A stretch of 64,000 nucleotides of DNA from Vitrella brassicaformis CCMP3155 (GCA_001179505.1 CDMY01000411.1:1-64000), one strand, 5' to 3'; shown: positions 13,101-26,869, counted from the stretch's first letter. A program made the numbers and translations. Notes: generated by a model not told the origin, from the sequence alone.

Positions 13101-16100
13101 ACTGTGGCGAGACACAACGAGCAAATAAGACCGTCAAGCAGAGAGCATTCTTGTACCCTTTCGCGGCGGTCCTTCGGATTCTCATACCCCCGCAGGCCTG
13201 GCCGGAATCTCTGCACTTGCCGGACAATCAGTGCTGGAACGGACAACACAAAAGGTGATATGTGGGATAACTCCTCATTGTATTTCAGCACCGTTGTCGC
13301 CTGCCCGCTTCATTCGTTCCTCCGCCGACCGACGAATCTCCTCGGCCTGGGCGTCCAGATAGCCTTCCACGACAGACAGGCCCGAAAACTCACTCTCAGT
13401 GTCCAAATCATAATACCCTATAAGAAATCGGACAAACAAAAGAAATCGGAGTCGCCTGGCGTTCCTACCAGGCGCTCCTGTTGGCATCTTCTTCGCCTTC
13501 ACACCGACGTAATATTGCAACGGGCGGATAGCAGCCCTTTGTTGCAGACAAGAATCATACTCGACCGCCAGCTGCCAAGCGAAATCGAGAAATCTACCGC
13601 AGAACTGTATGTGATTTGTTCAATGACACACTTGGGTGGGCGATTTCTTTTTTTGAAAGAGAGCCGAAACCGATGAAATAATGGTTTGAATCCTGACAAA
13701 GAGACAAGCAGTGCATCGTCGGCGAGTTGATGTGATCTACTTTGAAGGCTGAGCGCGTTTCTTTGCTGCATAGTTAGGGTCATCGAGGAAATACAAACGT
13801 AGGAGGTCGTCGTCAGTGATGCGAAATCGGCGGTCTCTCAAGTAGGCCCAGATTGCGAAGATAATGAAGAACAGCCACAGGGCGATTGAAAACCAGAGGC
13901 CAATGTTGTTCCATTGGACGTTTAGAAGAGCATCGAATTGCGTCACGACTCCAATATTGGACTCTTGCAGGACAGACGCCGGGGTCGATGCAAACGACGT
14001 CAGGTGAGAACAGGAGCATTGTAAGCCACCCTGCAATAAGGAAGGCGTCGCACCTCCGAGAGACAGAGGTAGTGCTGCTTACGAGATTGAAAAGCTTCGG
14101 GTTGCATCCTGCTGTTGACCACGACAAGACTCCTCGTCCCAATAGCTGCATTGCGGGAAGTGGTCCAAACTGATCTGGATGCCGTACACCGTCTCGGTCG
14201 GGAAAGGCTCCTCCTTGACATCGTCGTCTGCTTGCGCATTGCCTGCTGCGTCACTAGAGGTGCCCCTGCCGGCATCGGTTGTGTTCCAGCCTGTGTCTCT
14301 CTCGCGCAGCACGAATTGTCGAGAGAATTCATATCTCCTGTTGGCGTCCCACTTCAGAAAATCAACCAAGGCAGTCAAGTTTCGGCCGTCAGGTCTTGTG
14401 AAGTTTGCAACGTCCAGCTCGAAAGCCGAAGTGCGGCAGACTTTCTCAATCGTCTTGAGTTTTCGTAGGGTGGCGAAGGTGAGGTCTTCAGGCCGACGAA
14501 GGGGATCGCTGAAGACGGCGTTGAGAAAGTCCCAGCTGTATAGCAGAACGATGCAGTCATCCAGAAGGGGACCGATGTCGTAGTCCTCCTTCCACGGAAT
14601 GAAGATCGCAATGCGTCCTGCCGTGCTCCCTGGCTCGACAGCCAACCCACCCTGCACAACAAGCACCACTACGCCGAATGCAGGTCTCTCGTGAATGAGT
14701 TGTTCTGATCACTCTCACCCCTTCCTGGTCCACCAGCCTAAGTGCGACAATGTTGGAATCAACTGTCTCATTTGACTCGGTGGCGAAAGGATTCTCTGTC
14801 CAGCGATTCGCCACTAGGCCCAAGTGGCTGGATGGCTTTGAAGAGGTGTTCTTCTTTGCGGCTATGTTCTCCAGCGTCTTCGAAAAGTCTGGCGGGAGAA
14901 GGAAAGCCTCTTCGACACCAGGGAAGCCCACTGCCTTGTTGTCGATTTTGGTCGGGTCGGCCGCTTCTGCATGCATGTCAATGGTTTCCGTATCGACCAG
15001 CACCGGGTCGGTCACTTCAGCGTCGAGCAAAGTCTTTGCTGCCAGATTACCGACCGTGTCCGCAGCACCGCGTTGCTTGGTGCGGATGTCTCTCTCGCCA
15101 CTTCCTTTTCCACAATTTGATGCGGCACTGAGGAAATCTGTCGATGTCGAGTTCTTCATGTCGACTTTGTACACACCGGGGGAAGTCTGGTAGTCAATGT
15201 CTTCTGCGGCAGAGTTGTTGAGCGCCAGTGACGTGTTGTACAGCATGTCAATGCCACCGCGCTTCGCAAAGTCGGAGAGATCGGACTCGGTCTTGGTGGC
15301 CTTGTTCAGCGTCCTCACATAGTTTGTGCCTTCCTCTGGAGACGTGTCTTCGACACCCTTCAGGGTGCTCACTGTTGCGAGGCCCTTCACCAGAGCGTCA
15401 CTGGCAGCTGGGACAGGCTCATCGGCAGCAGCGTCCCCATCCTCAGCCGTCACCGACCAGGTCGCTCTGTCGACCACAGAGAACAGCTGGGACGGGTTGT
15501 TGCTCTGCGATGACAGCTGATCGACGAGATTCACAACGGCAGCCTTCTCGCTTTGAATGCTGGCGCAGTGTATGACAATCTTGGAGACAATTGGCGCCGA
15601 CACAATGCCCAGCACGTCTCTCGCCCTTCCCATCAGGTAATATGATCCCTCGGAAAAGGTGAACAATGCGGCTGCAGAAAACCTCCAATCGCTAAGCAGC
15701 GTCTCGTCTTCATCAGGTGGCCAGTCGAGAAGCTGCCGGCCCGTCCGCTGTTGGTAATAGTCGAAGAATGTCATACCGCTGGAATCAAAGTTCCACGTCT
15801 CATTGCCGAGGACGAGTGTGCTGATGCTCCACATCGAAAACTCGAGGGGCAAGTCGGCATCTCTCCAGTCGAGATGAGTGATCTGGAACTGGGTCTGCAG
15901 AGAAATGCCTGGGGGACAATAGACAGAGAGCAGATGCGCAGTCACTTATATCTTTCAAGCTCACCTTGTGAGGGCTGCACATCGAGTGTGCCGAATGTTG
16001 GAGGGGTGTTCACGGGCAGAGAAGGGCTTACAGAGCCGTAGGTCTCCCCTGCCTCATCGCCGAGAACAAAGTGAAACACGTAGACGTTGCCTGCGGTGAA

Positions 16101-19100
16101 CTCAGCTGCTGGGACGCTCGTCCAGAAGTACTCATAGTCCCACGATTCGCTGCTGTCGTGATAGAAGCCCGTCACTTGTGCTTGGCTTTGCAGCCTTCTG
16201 CGCTTCGCGTCTTTACGTGATCGGCGGTTGTGCTGTGCATCCGTAAGACGCCTTCTACTGTCAGCCGTCTGGAAGAGATCCCCGGCGCGGCCACTCAGGG
16301 GAGGCGGCTGGGAGGGATCCCATTTTTTGGTTGGCAAAACAGTAGGGCGATCTAGCGCTTTCCATCCTGAAATGTCCATGAGACCTCCGAGGACGTGTGT
16401 GTGTCTGATGTGCAAATCTTCCTTCGACTCACCGATTAGCTCTTGCCACTGGCAGCTGGTAGCATTATTGACGTCCATGGGGACCTTTGCTATCAGTGTC
16501 AGACTGCTGATGGAAGATATCTTGTTCGGCAAGGCTTGAAACGTGACATACGGTGCCGGCGCGTCTTCTCTGTCAGAACGAGACAGAGGAGACCAATTGT
16601 GCAGCTCCACCTATTGTTGCATGGTCATGTACCGCACTTGAATGCGAATTGCACCTCCAGGACCGCTTCTGAGCTCGTCAAGCTGAGCTCTTCGCTGATT
16701 TCCTTTCGTCGTATCCGAAGCGAGAAGCGAAAGACACTTCCTGGAAAAGGGGAGTACTGCTTCGGAAGCGAAAATCCCGTCCTAGCATCGCTTGGTTACC
16801 TGGGGAGAATGTATTCGCAGGGAATTCGAGCGAGCTCGTCGAATTGCTTGGATCAAAGACAGCAGTTGGACACTCGTCGCCTAGGACATTTCCATAGAAG
16901 TCAACCGCCCCATCTGTCCAAGTGATGTCGAGACACGCCCTGCAGCCGCACAAACATGCATACGAAGTGTCATGTCTCTTCCCTATTGTATCTGTCTGAA
17001 GGCCAAGAGGCGAAGTCTACCAGAAGAAGTCATAGTCGTCCTCCGATAACATCCCTGTCATGGTCTCTGGCACCATGGGATCAAAGCTGCCTGATGAGTC
17101 GAGCTGGAACTGTCAGAGAGAGAACACAAAAGAGGCAGACGTGACTTGCGAGGCACGAACGAGAGCCTACCGGGCATTGGATGCCAACAGTCACTCTCTT
17201 GGCGCCGTTGATGAACGGGATCGGCGCTGAGGGAAGCACCTGCATCGGCCGCAGATGCTTTTGCTCCAGGATGCTTTCTTACTGCCCAGACCTTGATGCT
17301 AAATACGTTTGAAACCACAATGTCCAGATTCGGCTGCAAGTCCTTTTCTTCAAGCGTGTAGCCAGCTATATAGCAGGAAAGCCAGAGTCGTTGGCGTGCC
17401 GATGAAGTTGTTCTGTTCACTTACCGAGGACCCGGAAGGTGTAGTCTCTCCCGGCTGCCAGCTGGAATGGCGCAATTTTGGCCAATCCTGGGTTGCCTCC
17501 GATAGTTGCTTCCATGGGGAATGGCTCGTCGACGCCGAGCTCCTCCCACTTGAATCGCGAAGGGATCTGGCCAGAATCGCACACCAGAGCCTGACCATTC
17601 GCTGAAGGACAAGAGAGACAGGACAGCTCATGCGTATCCACAGGAGTTCCTTTAGCGAGGCTCGAATCACCTGCTTCCAAAATAGACAATGTCTCGACAG
17701 CCAGCACCACGAAATCCGACACTGAAATCAAGAAAACATCTGCAAGCGACTCGCTGCCCCCTCGCTTCTTTCTTACCGTTCACGACCTGGCTCACGGGGG
17801 TCTGAGGCACTATCATCGGCACAGGGAAGTCCACATATTTCACCTGAAGAATTCTCAGCCACAGGCCCGATGAGACGTCTGCTGATGAGTGAATATATTA
17901 GTATGCTCACTTGAACATCCATCCGCGAGGAGATCCCCAGCTCATTGGTGCCCTTGACACGAAACGTGTATGATGACCTGTTGGACTCCGCGACGCAATC
18001 TCTGTGAACAAGTTGATCGATCAGCGTGAGCACAGAGAAAGACGCACTCTCGCATACGTGTTGGCACTTACGCGAATGGCCTGTCGTCCAATACGTCTTC
18101 CCGCATGACCGCCGCACCGACGATGGCCGAACTCATATCCTTATCGTCCACACACAGCAACAGCGCCGAGTTTGAAGTCGCATCTGTGTCTCACTGTTGT
18201 TGTTACTCTGAAGTCTTCCAGGACTCTTGTGAGGCTGTCGGCATGCGATTGGCCACAGGGCGAGTCGATGCATGACCAGTCAATGGCGAGCGGCCTCATG
18301 CCGCCCCGCGACTCCGATGCGTCCATCCGCAGTTCGCCGTTGCAGCCCACCACTGACTGTGTCTTGAGCTTCATGGTCGGCGGCACCACCATGTCGGGAT
18401 TCTCGAGCAACACCTCCTGCTCCTCATTGAACTCATTCTTGTAGCTCTGATGACAAAGAGTGAGTGAGTGAGACAGCTACTTGATCGACTGTTTGCTTGT
18501 TTGGCTGTTTGGTTGTCACCTGCGTGTCGCCGGGGGGGCAGTCTGTACTTCTCAAAATTCAGCCCGATGATGCCGCCGATCAGATTCACCCTCAGTCCGC
18601 TCTGCAGGAAGCATAAAAGCGCATGCGTATCGCTATTCAATTCGTCCATATATATATGAATATTTGGTTGTCGATCGAGAGAGATATGGACAGGTGGCTT
18701 GATGACTGCCACGAGCACGACGAATCGTTGCCGAACTGCAGTCGACACCGACTCGTGCGTGGGTGCGGAATCGTTGTGCCTTCCTTGACTCACCCACCCA
18801 GTTTGTAGCATTGCTAAAGAAGAAGTTGCAGTCGGTGGGCTTGCTCTCATCGACCGGCGAGTTCGTCTCGATGTCAAACAGCGCGTCCACAAACGCCAAG
18901 TCATCCGTCAGCCTGCGCCCAGAAAGGGAAGGAAATTGAAACGTCCGACATTGCCTGTTTTCCCACTTGTCTGATGTCTTTTAACGTACTTGAAGCGGAC
19001 TATTTTGGGTGCCTCTGGGATGACACATGATTTGACTCTCCCCTGCACCGGCGAACAACCCAGCTCCGGCCGCACCGACTGCACACACGCGTCGAAACAG

Positions 19101-22100
19101 TACACTGAAACAAAACACAAGACGAAGGAAGAGTGTTGACCAGGTTTAGAGGTCCAGTGGATAAACGCTCGTCTCAGCTTGCTTACACAGTTGCGGGGGC
19201 GGCGGCGGCAGCGGTTTCATGCTGGTTGTGGAGCAGGCAAACCCGTCATCTAAGATGTAGCCGCATATCTGGCACCACAGAAAGGCACTCACAGTTTTGC
19301 ACACTTGCTTGCTTCGTGTAATGTACCGGGATGCATTGCTCGTAGGACGTGCCAAAGACAGAGAACACACGCTGACAGTTCCAGCCCTCTTCAACCTGAA
19401 TATGTGAAATCGAGCCAAGTAATGGGCTAGTCATCGGCTGGTATGTATTTCTCTGCTATATGTTTGACCGCGCAGAAGGGCGAGCAGCCATCAAGCTTGA
19501 ACAGATTGCCGTCATCTGCCGCACACACCCCTCATTCAACCCTTGCTGTCCCTGCATAGCAGCACACCTACCGCATTCTTCGCCCAGGTCAGTCTCAAAC
19601 TTGAGAGTGTCGCCGCATCGCGCGCCAGGCTCGACAAACAAGTCATAGAGGCGCACCGGCTGACCCAGGTTGTTGCTCGGAGACACCACGCCGGGGTACC
19701 TCAGGTCCTCACACCACAGATACACATCCCAGGATATCGGCGTCCAGGTGCTGAACACTGCCACGTGGCTGCAAGCCAACTTACACATAGAAGGAGACAT
19801 CCATAGATTGCTTCTGCACACACCTGGCGGGCTGATCAACGTGGTCCCCTCTCCCTTTGCCCGTCCATACGATGGGTTCTTGTTCCAGTGCCCCGCGGCC
19901 AGCCGGCTCTCTCGTCCACCCCTCTGCGATGAGAGCGTGGTTGACGAGCCGTGTCGCATAGCCTGGCGATGGGGGCTGGCGGATCGTGCAAAGCAGCTGG
20001 TTGGACATTCTGACTTCGATGATGGCTTGGAAGTTCTCGTCGTCCGTGTAGCGATAGGTGGTCGAGGGATACTCCGCCTCAGGGTCGAATCCCATGCCGG
20101 GCAGCACAGCCTCTATGTCCATCTAAACCGACAAGCAGCAATCCGCCAGCTTCCCCTTCAGACTTATCTTCATGCTCTTGCCTGTCTCCCGGTTGGCCTC
20201 GAGTCTTCCACCGCTCGGATGCACGTAATGCCGCCGATTCTCGACGCTTCCTGCGCGACGATGAGGTTTTGTCTATCCAGCTCAAGCACGACATCAGGCG
20301 GCGGGGCGGGCGAGGCAGCGGCACTGTACAGATAGAATCGGCTGGCGTAGTCGCCGCTGTCAGCCCGCCTGTCGATCAGGGGCACCAGCGTGCTGTTGAG
20401 CCGGCCGAGAATCCAGCCGCTGCCCGGCGCGATGAAGTGAGCAGGAGCCACCGGCAGCTGCCCAGGTGATGTGGGCAGCAAGGCGAAGTCGAATTCCTCA
20501 TTGACATAGCTCTCTGGCGCAGGCGCCATGGGACCCTTTTCATCCTCGTTCTGTGTCAGTTGGAATGTCCATGTGAAGTTGACCTGATAGGGCGCCTTAT
20601 CATAGCTGCACACCCGACTGGCCTGCTCGCCAACACCCAACTCCTGCCAGCAAACAAGACGAAATGTTCCGTGCGTCAGTGCATCACGCGTTCTTACCAC
20701 TAAGTGCAGGTGTGCCTCGCCAGCCGCTCCAGGGTAGAAGGGGTCGTATGAGTCCTGAAGAGAGCTGTCGTCGTATAGGAGGGCGTGCACCTCGTGGAAG
20801 ACGGGATTGGACATGACAGCTGCTGTCCTGAAAGGCACCGCTGACTCGACCAACACCGCAGCTTCCTGAGGGCTCTGCACCAGGTCATCTTCCGCGTCCT
20901 CACTGCCCTCACGGCCATCGCTGTAGTCGGCATCCCACATCTGGACCTCTGAATCATTGGTGGCGGCAGCGTAGGGAGTGTTCCAATTCAATGACACGCC
21001 AACAATAGCCGCTGTTGTGAAAAGCAGACACCATTCGATGTGCTGTGCGCCTTCCGCACGCGTGTCTCACATTGTGTATCGTCGATGGCAGTCGCGTTGG
21101 CTGCACGGGAGACGTAGTATACGTCCAGCAGCGAGTCCAGTGCCGTCACAGCGAATGCATCGACCACATTGCCGAGGCCATCAACGCCCGACACCCTAAA
21201 CTGACGGTCCTTGAACCGAATGTCTATGTCCTGAATGTGCACGCGAGTTGACAACAAATCACCCTGTCATGTCACTCTCACCTTAAATCTCCCGTTGGTC
21301 CGAATGGTCACAATTCTTAAGATCGATGGCCTGACAGGAGCACACCGAAATGCAGGAGTCCATGTAAGGGGTCTTGCTGCACATGCATTCCCACCACACG
21401 TCCTCTGATCCTGGTGGTCTCCCGGGCTCAACAGTGATAGCTAGACACAATGAAGAAGGAGCAGACAATAGCAGCACGTGTACAAGTTCCGCACCCACCC
21501 GGCCAGACAATGCCGACGATCCTGTGGTGGTCCTCATCGAATTGAAGACCCTGCATATCGAGGCAGAGGGTAATTTGTGGGCTCGCCACGCATTCATACT
21601 GCGAGAGGGTGCTGCAGCGGACGATGCCACTCGAGACTGCAGACGACACAGACAGGCACCTTCATTCCCACGAGCTAAATACTCTCGTGTGCGCAGTGAA
21701 GGTTGTAGACACATCCATCCATACATTGGCAGGGACGAGTGTGTCTCCAGGTTGACGTATGCTGCCTTGAGATACCAGCGGAAGGCAAACTGAGGTGGCA
21801 GCACATCGGATGGGCTCACGTACTTGGTGGCGTTGACAAGGAAGGGTATCGACGGGTTGACTGTCTGCATGAAAGAAGGATGCACGAGGCTCGCGAGCTG
21901 CTAGCGTGGCTCGATTACCGAGTCGTCCGCAACACCGACGACTGACCACCAAATACTCCTCTGGGTGGAAAGGAAAGAATAGCAATTGTGTACCGTTACC
22001 GTAGAACTCACCCACGGATCGAAAGCGGCTCTGCCCGGGAGGAAGGCCCCATCATAGCGGACATACACTGAGTACCGAGACGTCGAGTCAGGCGCGAGTC

Positions 22101-23035
22101 CGCCACACAGCTGACCCCATGCCTTCCCCAGATATGCGGATGACGCCCACGGCACCTGGCTGTAGTATTCTGGATTGCACTCATACGAGCAACCTGACGA
22201 CGGCTCAGTGTCAGTCCCATTCCCCGCCGTTTTGTTCGCCTGTGGGCCGTCAGAGTCGCTCTCGTGGCGCGAGAGTCCTGTGAATGTATGGTTGCAGTAA
22301 CAGAAGTAGAGTGTCTTGTCTGGGGCACGACCAGGGATCAGAATCCTCTGCTGCGGGTTGGCGAACTGGATGAAGGGATTCACAGTCATCATGGCCACCC
22401 TGTAGCCTTGGTTGAAGCACTCCCTCACGCACGCAAGAGGATTCCCGCTGCAAGCAGAGTTTGTTTGCTATACATGCGTCTACCATGAGTGTGTCGTGTG
22501 TGTACCTGTTGTCAAACGTTTGGGCGAGTGGCGTGCCCCACCAAAACCGCCTGTACTTGAGCAGCTTGATGCCCACCTTGATGATCTCTGACTCTGTCGG
22601 CCCGTCAACCGATGTCTCATTCTCTGTCTTGAGCGGGCGGAAGTCGCTCAGCGTGGGAGGCAACAGCGCACTCTGCTTGTAGCAACCAACTGATATCCAC
22701 TCATCTGTGAAGATGCTCGACATACAATCTAAATCGAGAAGAGGTGGCTATATCGAATCTCACCTACCGAGAGGAGGTCCGGGTGCTTGGCCCATCTCCT
22801 CTTCGGTGCTCGTGAAAAGCCCTCCATCGTCGCCCGTCGAGGTGGGAAAAGCATCGAGCGACGAGACCATGGAGAGTCCCCCCTCATGGATAAGCCGCGA
22901 CAGCCTCGTCTCACCGATGTCAAGCCATTCATAGCCTGCAACTCCCTGCAGGCCACGGCCCACCGGCGGCGAACGCGTGCGACGAACCGATAAAATGACT
23001 AGGCACACGGTCCAAAGCAACTTGAAGAGAAGCAT
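7193..23035 (-). CDS. Polycystin-1 (PKD1)-like / REJ-GPS multi-pass membrane protein
   Basis: Signal peptide at 23035 (MLLFKLLWTVCLVILS). WSC-type Cys pattern, CGD..EEC..EGC..EEGWNC Cys-rich repeat and long Ig/REJ-like exons. GPS (CSYWDEE..WSTAGC..CSCSHLTSFA) followed by a TM helix, then NHPLAKVLQPNAMLTSMQR+TM matching the PKD1 TM2 entry, then further TMs at 8219-8824. The 3' end (TGA at ~7193) is tentative. Confidence 0.75.
13989..14160 (-). other. GPS autoproteolysis motif
   Basis: Spliced reading CSYWDEESLSWSTAGCNPKLFNL-GGLQCSCSHLTSFA contains the canonical H-L|T/S-F cleavage triad. Confidence 0.85.
22055..22700 (-). other. WSC carbohydrate-binding domain
   Basis: WISVGCY...CVRECFNQGYRVA...FCYCNH...GCSYEC...LCGG...YSVY matches the WSC cysteine framework. 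Confidence 0.75.
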
Positions 23036-23131
23036 GATCCCTGCGATATCGCCCCCATGCGCCCACGGATTTATGTTTGCGATTGGCGAGGATATTGCCG
23101 ACTGTTTCTATCACAACCCGATTATTTTCAT

Positions 23132-24531
23132 ATGGAATGGATGTTATCTATGCTGAATTGGCAGTGGCAAGTTTTCGCCCTCATCCTGGTCTCGGCGGCC
23201 TTCTTGTCCCTCCCTTCGATCCCCCGGTATCTGTTGCTGCGCTTCAGGAGACCCGCTGAGGCTCGCGAGACTCCCCGCGACGACCTTACACCAGAAAGAG
23301 GATGTTGGAACAAGACAGGTCCGCTCATCATCGCAGCCTTTCGAGAACTACAGTTGCGAGTCATTTCCCCCGGCCCTGTACCGCCCTGGATGTCGGAGAG
23401 CGGTATACATTCAAGGCGGGTTCCCCAGTTTGACGTGTCGTCAGTCGAGGACGGAGTGGTCGATCGGGGCATGGTCTACACGGTGAAGGGTGCCTATGTC
23501 CTGGGCAAACACTCAGTGGTCTTCAATTGCTTTTCGGCGGTGGTCTTTGGTAGGTGCAGAGCTCACGAAGCCGCAAATGGCCTCACACACGATACGCTGA
23601 AGAGCCTCGTCAATGGGCCGGTGGACCAATTGAGCGGGAGCGTTGTGCTGCTGGTTGCGATGTGGGGAGACAACTATTTTCACTTTCTAATTGGTGAATA
23701 TAGCAGCACACAAAGACACACAGCTTTTTGGTGCGGACGACCGTTGATCGTGTGCAGAGAACTTCATGCGTCTCGCCCTTGTTTATGATCTGCTGCGCGA
23801 GGACACGAGCAGCAGGGTACTGTCGCACACCAATTTGAAGTGGTCCTGGCGCTTTTTCGAGCTTCTCGGCATCGATTCGTCTCGGGTCATTCCTTATGAC
23901 AAGCCATGTTTCTTTGTCGAGCGGCTGATTGTACCATCCGCAACAAAATGTGGTCACTCCCGCGCGCCCGCAGTCCGTCTAATCCGAAACCTCCTTATCG
24001 CCAACATCGAAAAAACACTCAAGTTGCCAATGAAAACCAAGCCGCACATTTTGATACAAGTGCGTCGAAAGTCTCGCGCGCTGTCGAATCTGAGAGCGTT
24101 GAGCGCGAGACTGAGACGGTCATTCCCTCACGTCAAAGTCGAGTATTTCCGACCCAAGGACAGCTTCGAACAGGCCATGAGAAAACACATGCAGGCAGAC
24201 GTTGTCATTGCTCCCCACGGCGCGGGGCTCAGCAACATGGTGTTTTGTGCCAAAGGCGCAGAGATTATCGAGATTCATGCAGCAATTGGTGAGGAGACGC
24301 AAAGGCGCAACGATCCCATGCTTGTCCTTTTTTCAAAAGTCGCTTTGTCCTCACCTTTCAGGCAACAGAGGAAAGGGCGACATGAATCACTGCTACTCGG
24401 ATCTCGCTGGCGTGATTGGATTGCGAAAATGGAACCTGACTTCAGAGACCATCGGGAACAGACGGGATGGCCTTACAGCCCCTATAGAGGACGTGCTTCG
24501 CCTTGTGTCAGCACGTCTCTATGGCTCATGA
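23132..24531 (+). CDS. Glycosyltransferase family 61 (DUF563), type II membrane protein
   Basis: N-terminal TM; motifs WGDNYFHFL and ADVVIAPHGAGLSNMVF; last exon CYSDLAGVIGL...APIEDVLRLV*. Confidence 0.85.
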
Positions 24532-25309
24532 TCATTGTCGTAGTCGTGTGGACACAATGCAGTCAAAAGATACGAACTGTACTTCCTTCAAGAGGGCGGC
24601 TTTCAAGGATGAGGATCAGGCATTCGCATACAGTCAGTCAGTGTTGCGTGAGGTGCATCAGATGCAGCGTACCGCTGCTTTTGGCCTTGCCAGCTCTTGG
24701 GTACATCCTTGTCATTCATCAGAACGAAAGAGACATACAGAACAAATAAAGTACAAAAACGCGAACGGGCAATGACACTCCCTGGTCCATGAAGCTTTCT
24801 TCCCCCGCCTGTGTGTCTGCCTGCCTGTTTTAAACTCGCCCTTCGGGCCTCGCCTTTGTACACACTCTTACACGTCCAGCCAGGTTGGGAGGCACAAAGC
24901 CAGTGCCTCCACTGTCGTAAGGACATGAATATATGTGTATCGACCGTCTACCGCACACACAACCGATCTGTATGTGGGTGTTCCCGCATCCCCGTGACCA
25001 CGCCTACGCGTGCGTGTGCAGCCGACTCGTGTGTGTCCATGGCATGTGAGCACAAAGTGTTTGTCGTGCTCGTGCCCATTTGTATGTCGATGGATGTGTT
25101 GCGTGTCCGTCGGTCGGTGCGTGCGACTGACTGTCTGCCTGTCTGACTGCCTGAATGGATGGATGGATGCATGTATGGATGGAATCGCTGGATGGGTATG
25201 GTTTGAGCCTGCAGCGTAGCCTTACTGTTGTCCCGCGCCTTACTCAATGTCCCTCGGTCATTGAAGCACGTTTGCTTCATCTGCTTGTCCAAAACCGCCG
25301 TTTTTGCGT

Positions 25310-25453
25310 CAGCTTTCCGCCTGGAAAGCTGGCATTCCGCCTAGAAAGCTGGATTTCCAAGTGGAATTCTGGCCTTCTGCAGTGCAAAGCTGGCTTTCCG
25401 TGGCGCTGGCTGGCCTTCTGAGCGTCTGTCCAGCTTTCTGAGTGGAGGGCCCG
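25310..25453. repeat. Degenerate tandem array of seven ~20-bp units
   Basis: Units start at 25313, 25333, 25353, 25373, 25394, 25414 and 25434; consensus about CTTTCCGCCTGGAAAGCTGG. The first unit forms a 9-bp hairpin, CAGCTTTCC-GCCT-GGAAAGCTG. Confidence 0.65.
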
Positions 25454-25499
25454 CTTGCCGGCAGAAGCACCAGCTTTTCGCCGCACCTCGTCGGGTAGT
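25434..25499 (+). repeat. Dispersed repeat, copy 1 (copy 2 at 29595-29644)
   Basis: Both copies share CTTTCTGAGTGGA and GAAGCACC(A/G)GCTTTTCGCCGCACCTCGTCGGGTAGT. Confidence 0.75.
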
Positions 25500-26394
25500 A
25501 TTGGGGGCGGGCAGTTGCCTGCGCGACATACAGTAAGTATCGATTAAAGGAATCACCGTATAAACCACTCATTTCTGTAAAGCAATCACCCCACCCCGAT
25601 GACTGTACACAGGCAAAATGAACCGCATAAACCAATCACCTCCCAAAGAGACTCAAATCAGCCATACGGGCTGACGACTCATGGCTCAAAATGACCGCAA
25701 GAAAATGAAGCACCACTCTCTGAAAGAGCGGACCGATGAAAAAGTGAATGAATGGAGAAATACAGACATTTTGATTGTCATCTGAGATGAACCCTTCGGA
25801 CGGTGATTTCCGACGAGAGATGGAGTTTGCTTGGCGAGGTCAAGTCACTATGTAAATGGAAGAGCAGCGTTACTTCACTTGAGGCAACAAGGGCCCATTG
25901 GTGACTCACAGGAGGGTCAGATGAGCCATGAGTTGCCCTCCTCCGTCGGGGGGTCGGGCGGTCCTCCCGCGCGAGTCGCGAAACGCGTGCAAAGCCCCCA
26001 AGCTCGCATGAGGCTCCCACTCAAGAAAGACGTGCCGGACGAAAAAGTCTCGAGGCCCCAATTATTGAACGACGAACACGAACTTCGAGGCACGTACAGC
26101 ATATGATTACGCATGTCGGCACCGACGAAGAACAAACGCACTGCTCTGTCGCCTATCTATATCCCTATCGTATCGTGAGTGTCATGCAGTCAGTCTGTCA
26201 GTCAGTCGGTCAGGATGCACCATTTTTGAGAGAATGTCTCGGCGTCGCTGTAGGGCTTGACGAAATGTGCAGCCGACTCATACGCAGGATGCGAGGCATC
26301 TGATGACATTCATCCAGCCCAACACACGTTTTTGCGGGTTGGTGTGACCGTCCAGTACTGTACTTGCCGTCCAGTCTCCCTTGCCCTCACGCCC

Positions 26395-26470
26395 GCCCGC
26401 CCACCCACCCACCCACCAACCTAGCCAGCCGCCCACCCACCCACCCATCCATCCATCCATCCACCAACCC
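26395..26470. repeat. (CCCA)n/(TCCA)n microsatellite tract
   Basis: Seen directly. Confidence 0.8.
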
Positions 26471-26842
26471 ATCGCATGAGCGATTTGATATATATCATTT
26501 TCTAATGCATTTACTGCTGCAGGCGGCCGCCCAGGAACTTTGACCGATTTATGGCATGCTGTCCTGTCGGCTGTCCATGCCTCTTGTGCCGTCATGGGCC
26601 CACTGAACATCATGTTGATGACTCCTGTTCTCTATGCAAATCTTCATGCAAACACTCCTAAGGCCTGTGTGGAGGGTGAATGAGACACAGCACCCAGTCA
26701 TCGCACCCATACGAGTAAGTGAATGGTTTTTCGTCGTTTCAGATCGAGTCGTTTTGGGCGGGGAAAAAAGAAGCAATTGGCAGCCTGAGCACGCCTGCGT
26801 GCGGTGGCGTACGTACTCGCAGCCGCAGCGACGCACACACAC

Positions 26843-26869
26843 GCGCGCGCAAGCTAAGCTTGCGCGCGC
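26843..26869. repeat. Perfect inverted repeat with 13-bp arms
   Basis: GCGCGCGCAAGCT-A-AGCTTGCGCGCGC. Confidence 0.9.

Noticed and set aside
25310-25453. CRISPR-like array
   Set aside because: Units abut without unique spacers, are degenerate, and lie in eukaryotic DNA with no cas genes.
26278-26613. ORFs rich in GWMDGW, and others such as 46384-46764
   Set aside because: They are translations of (GGAT)n, (CCCA)n and (CTGT)n microsatellites.
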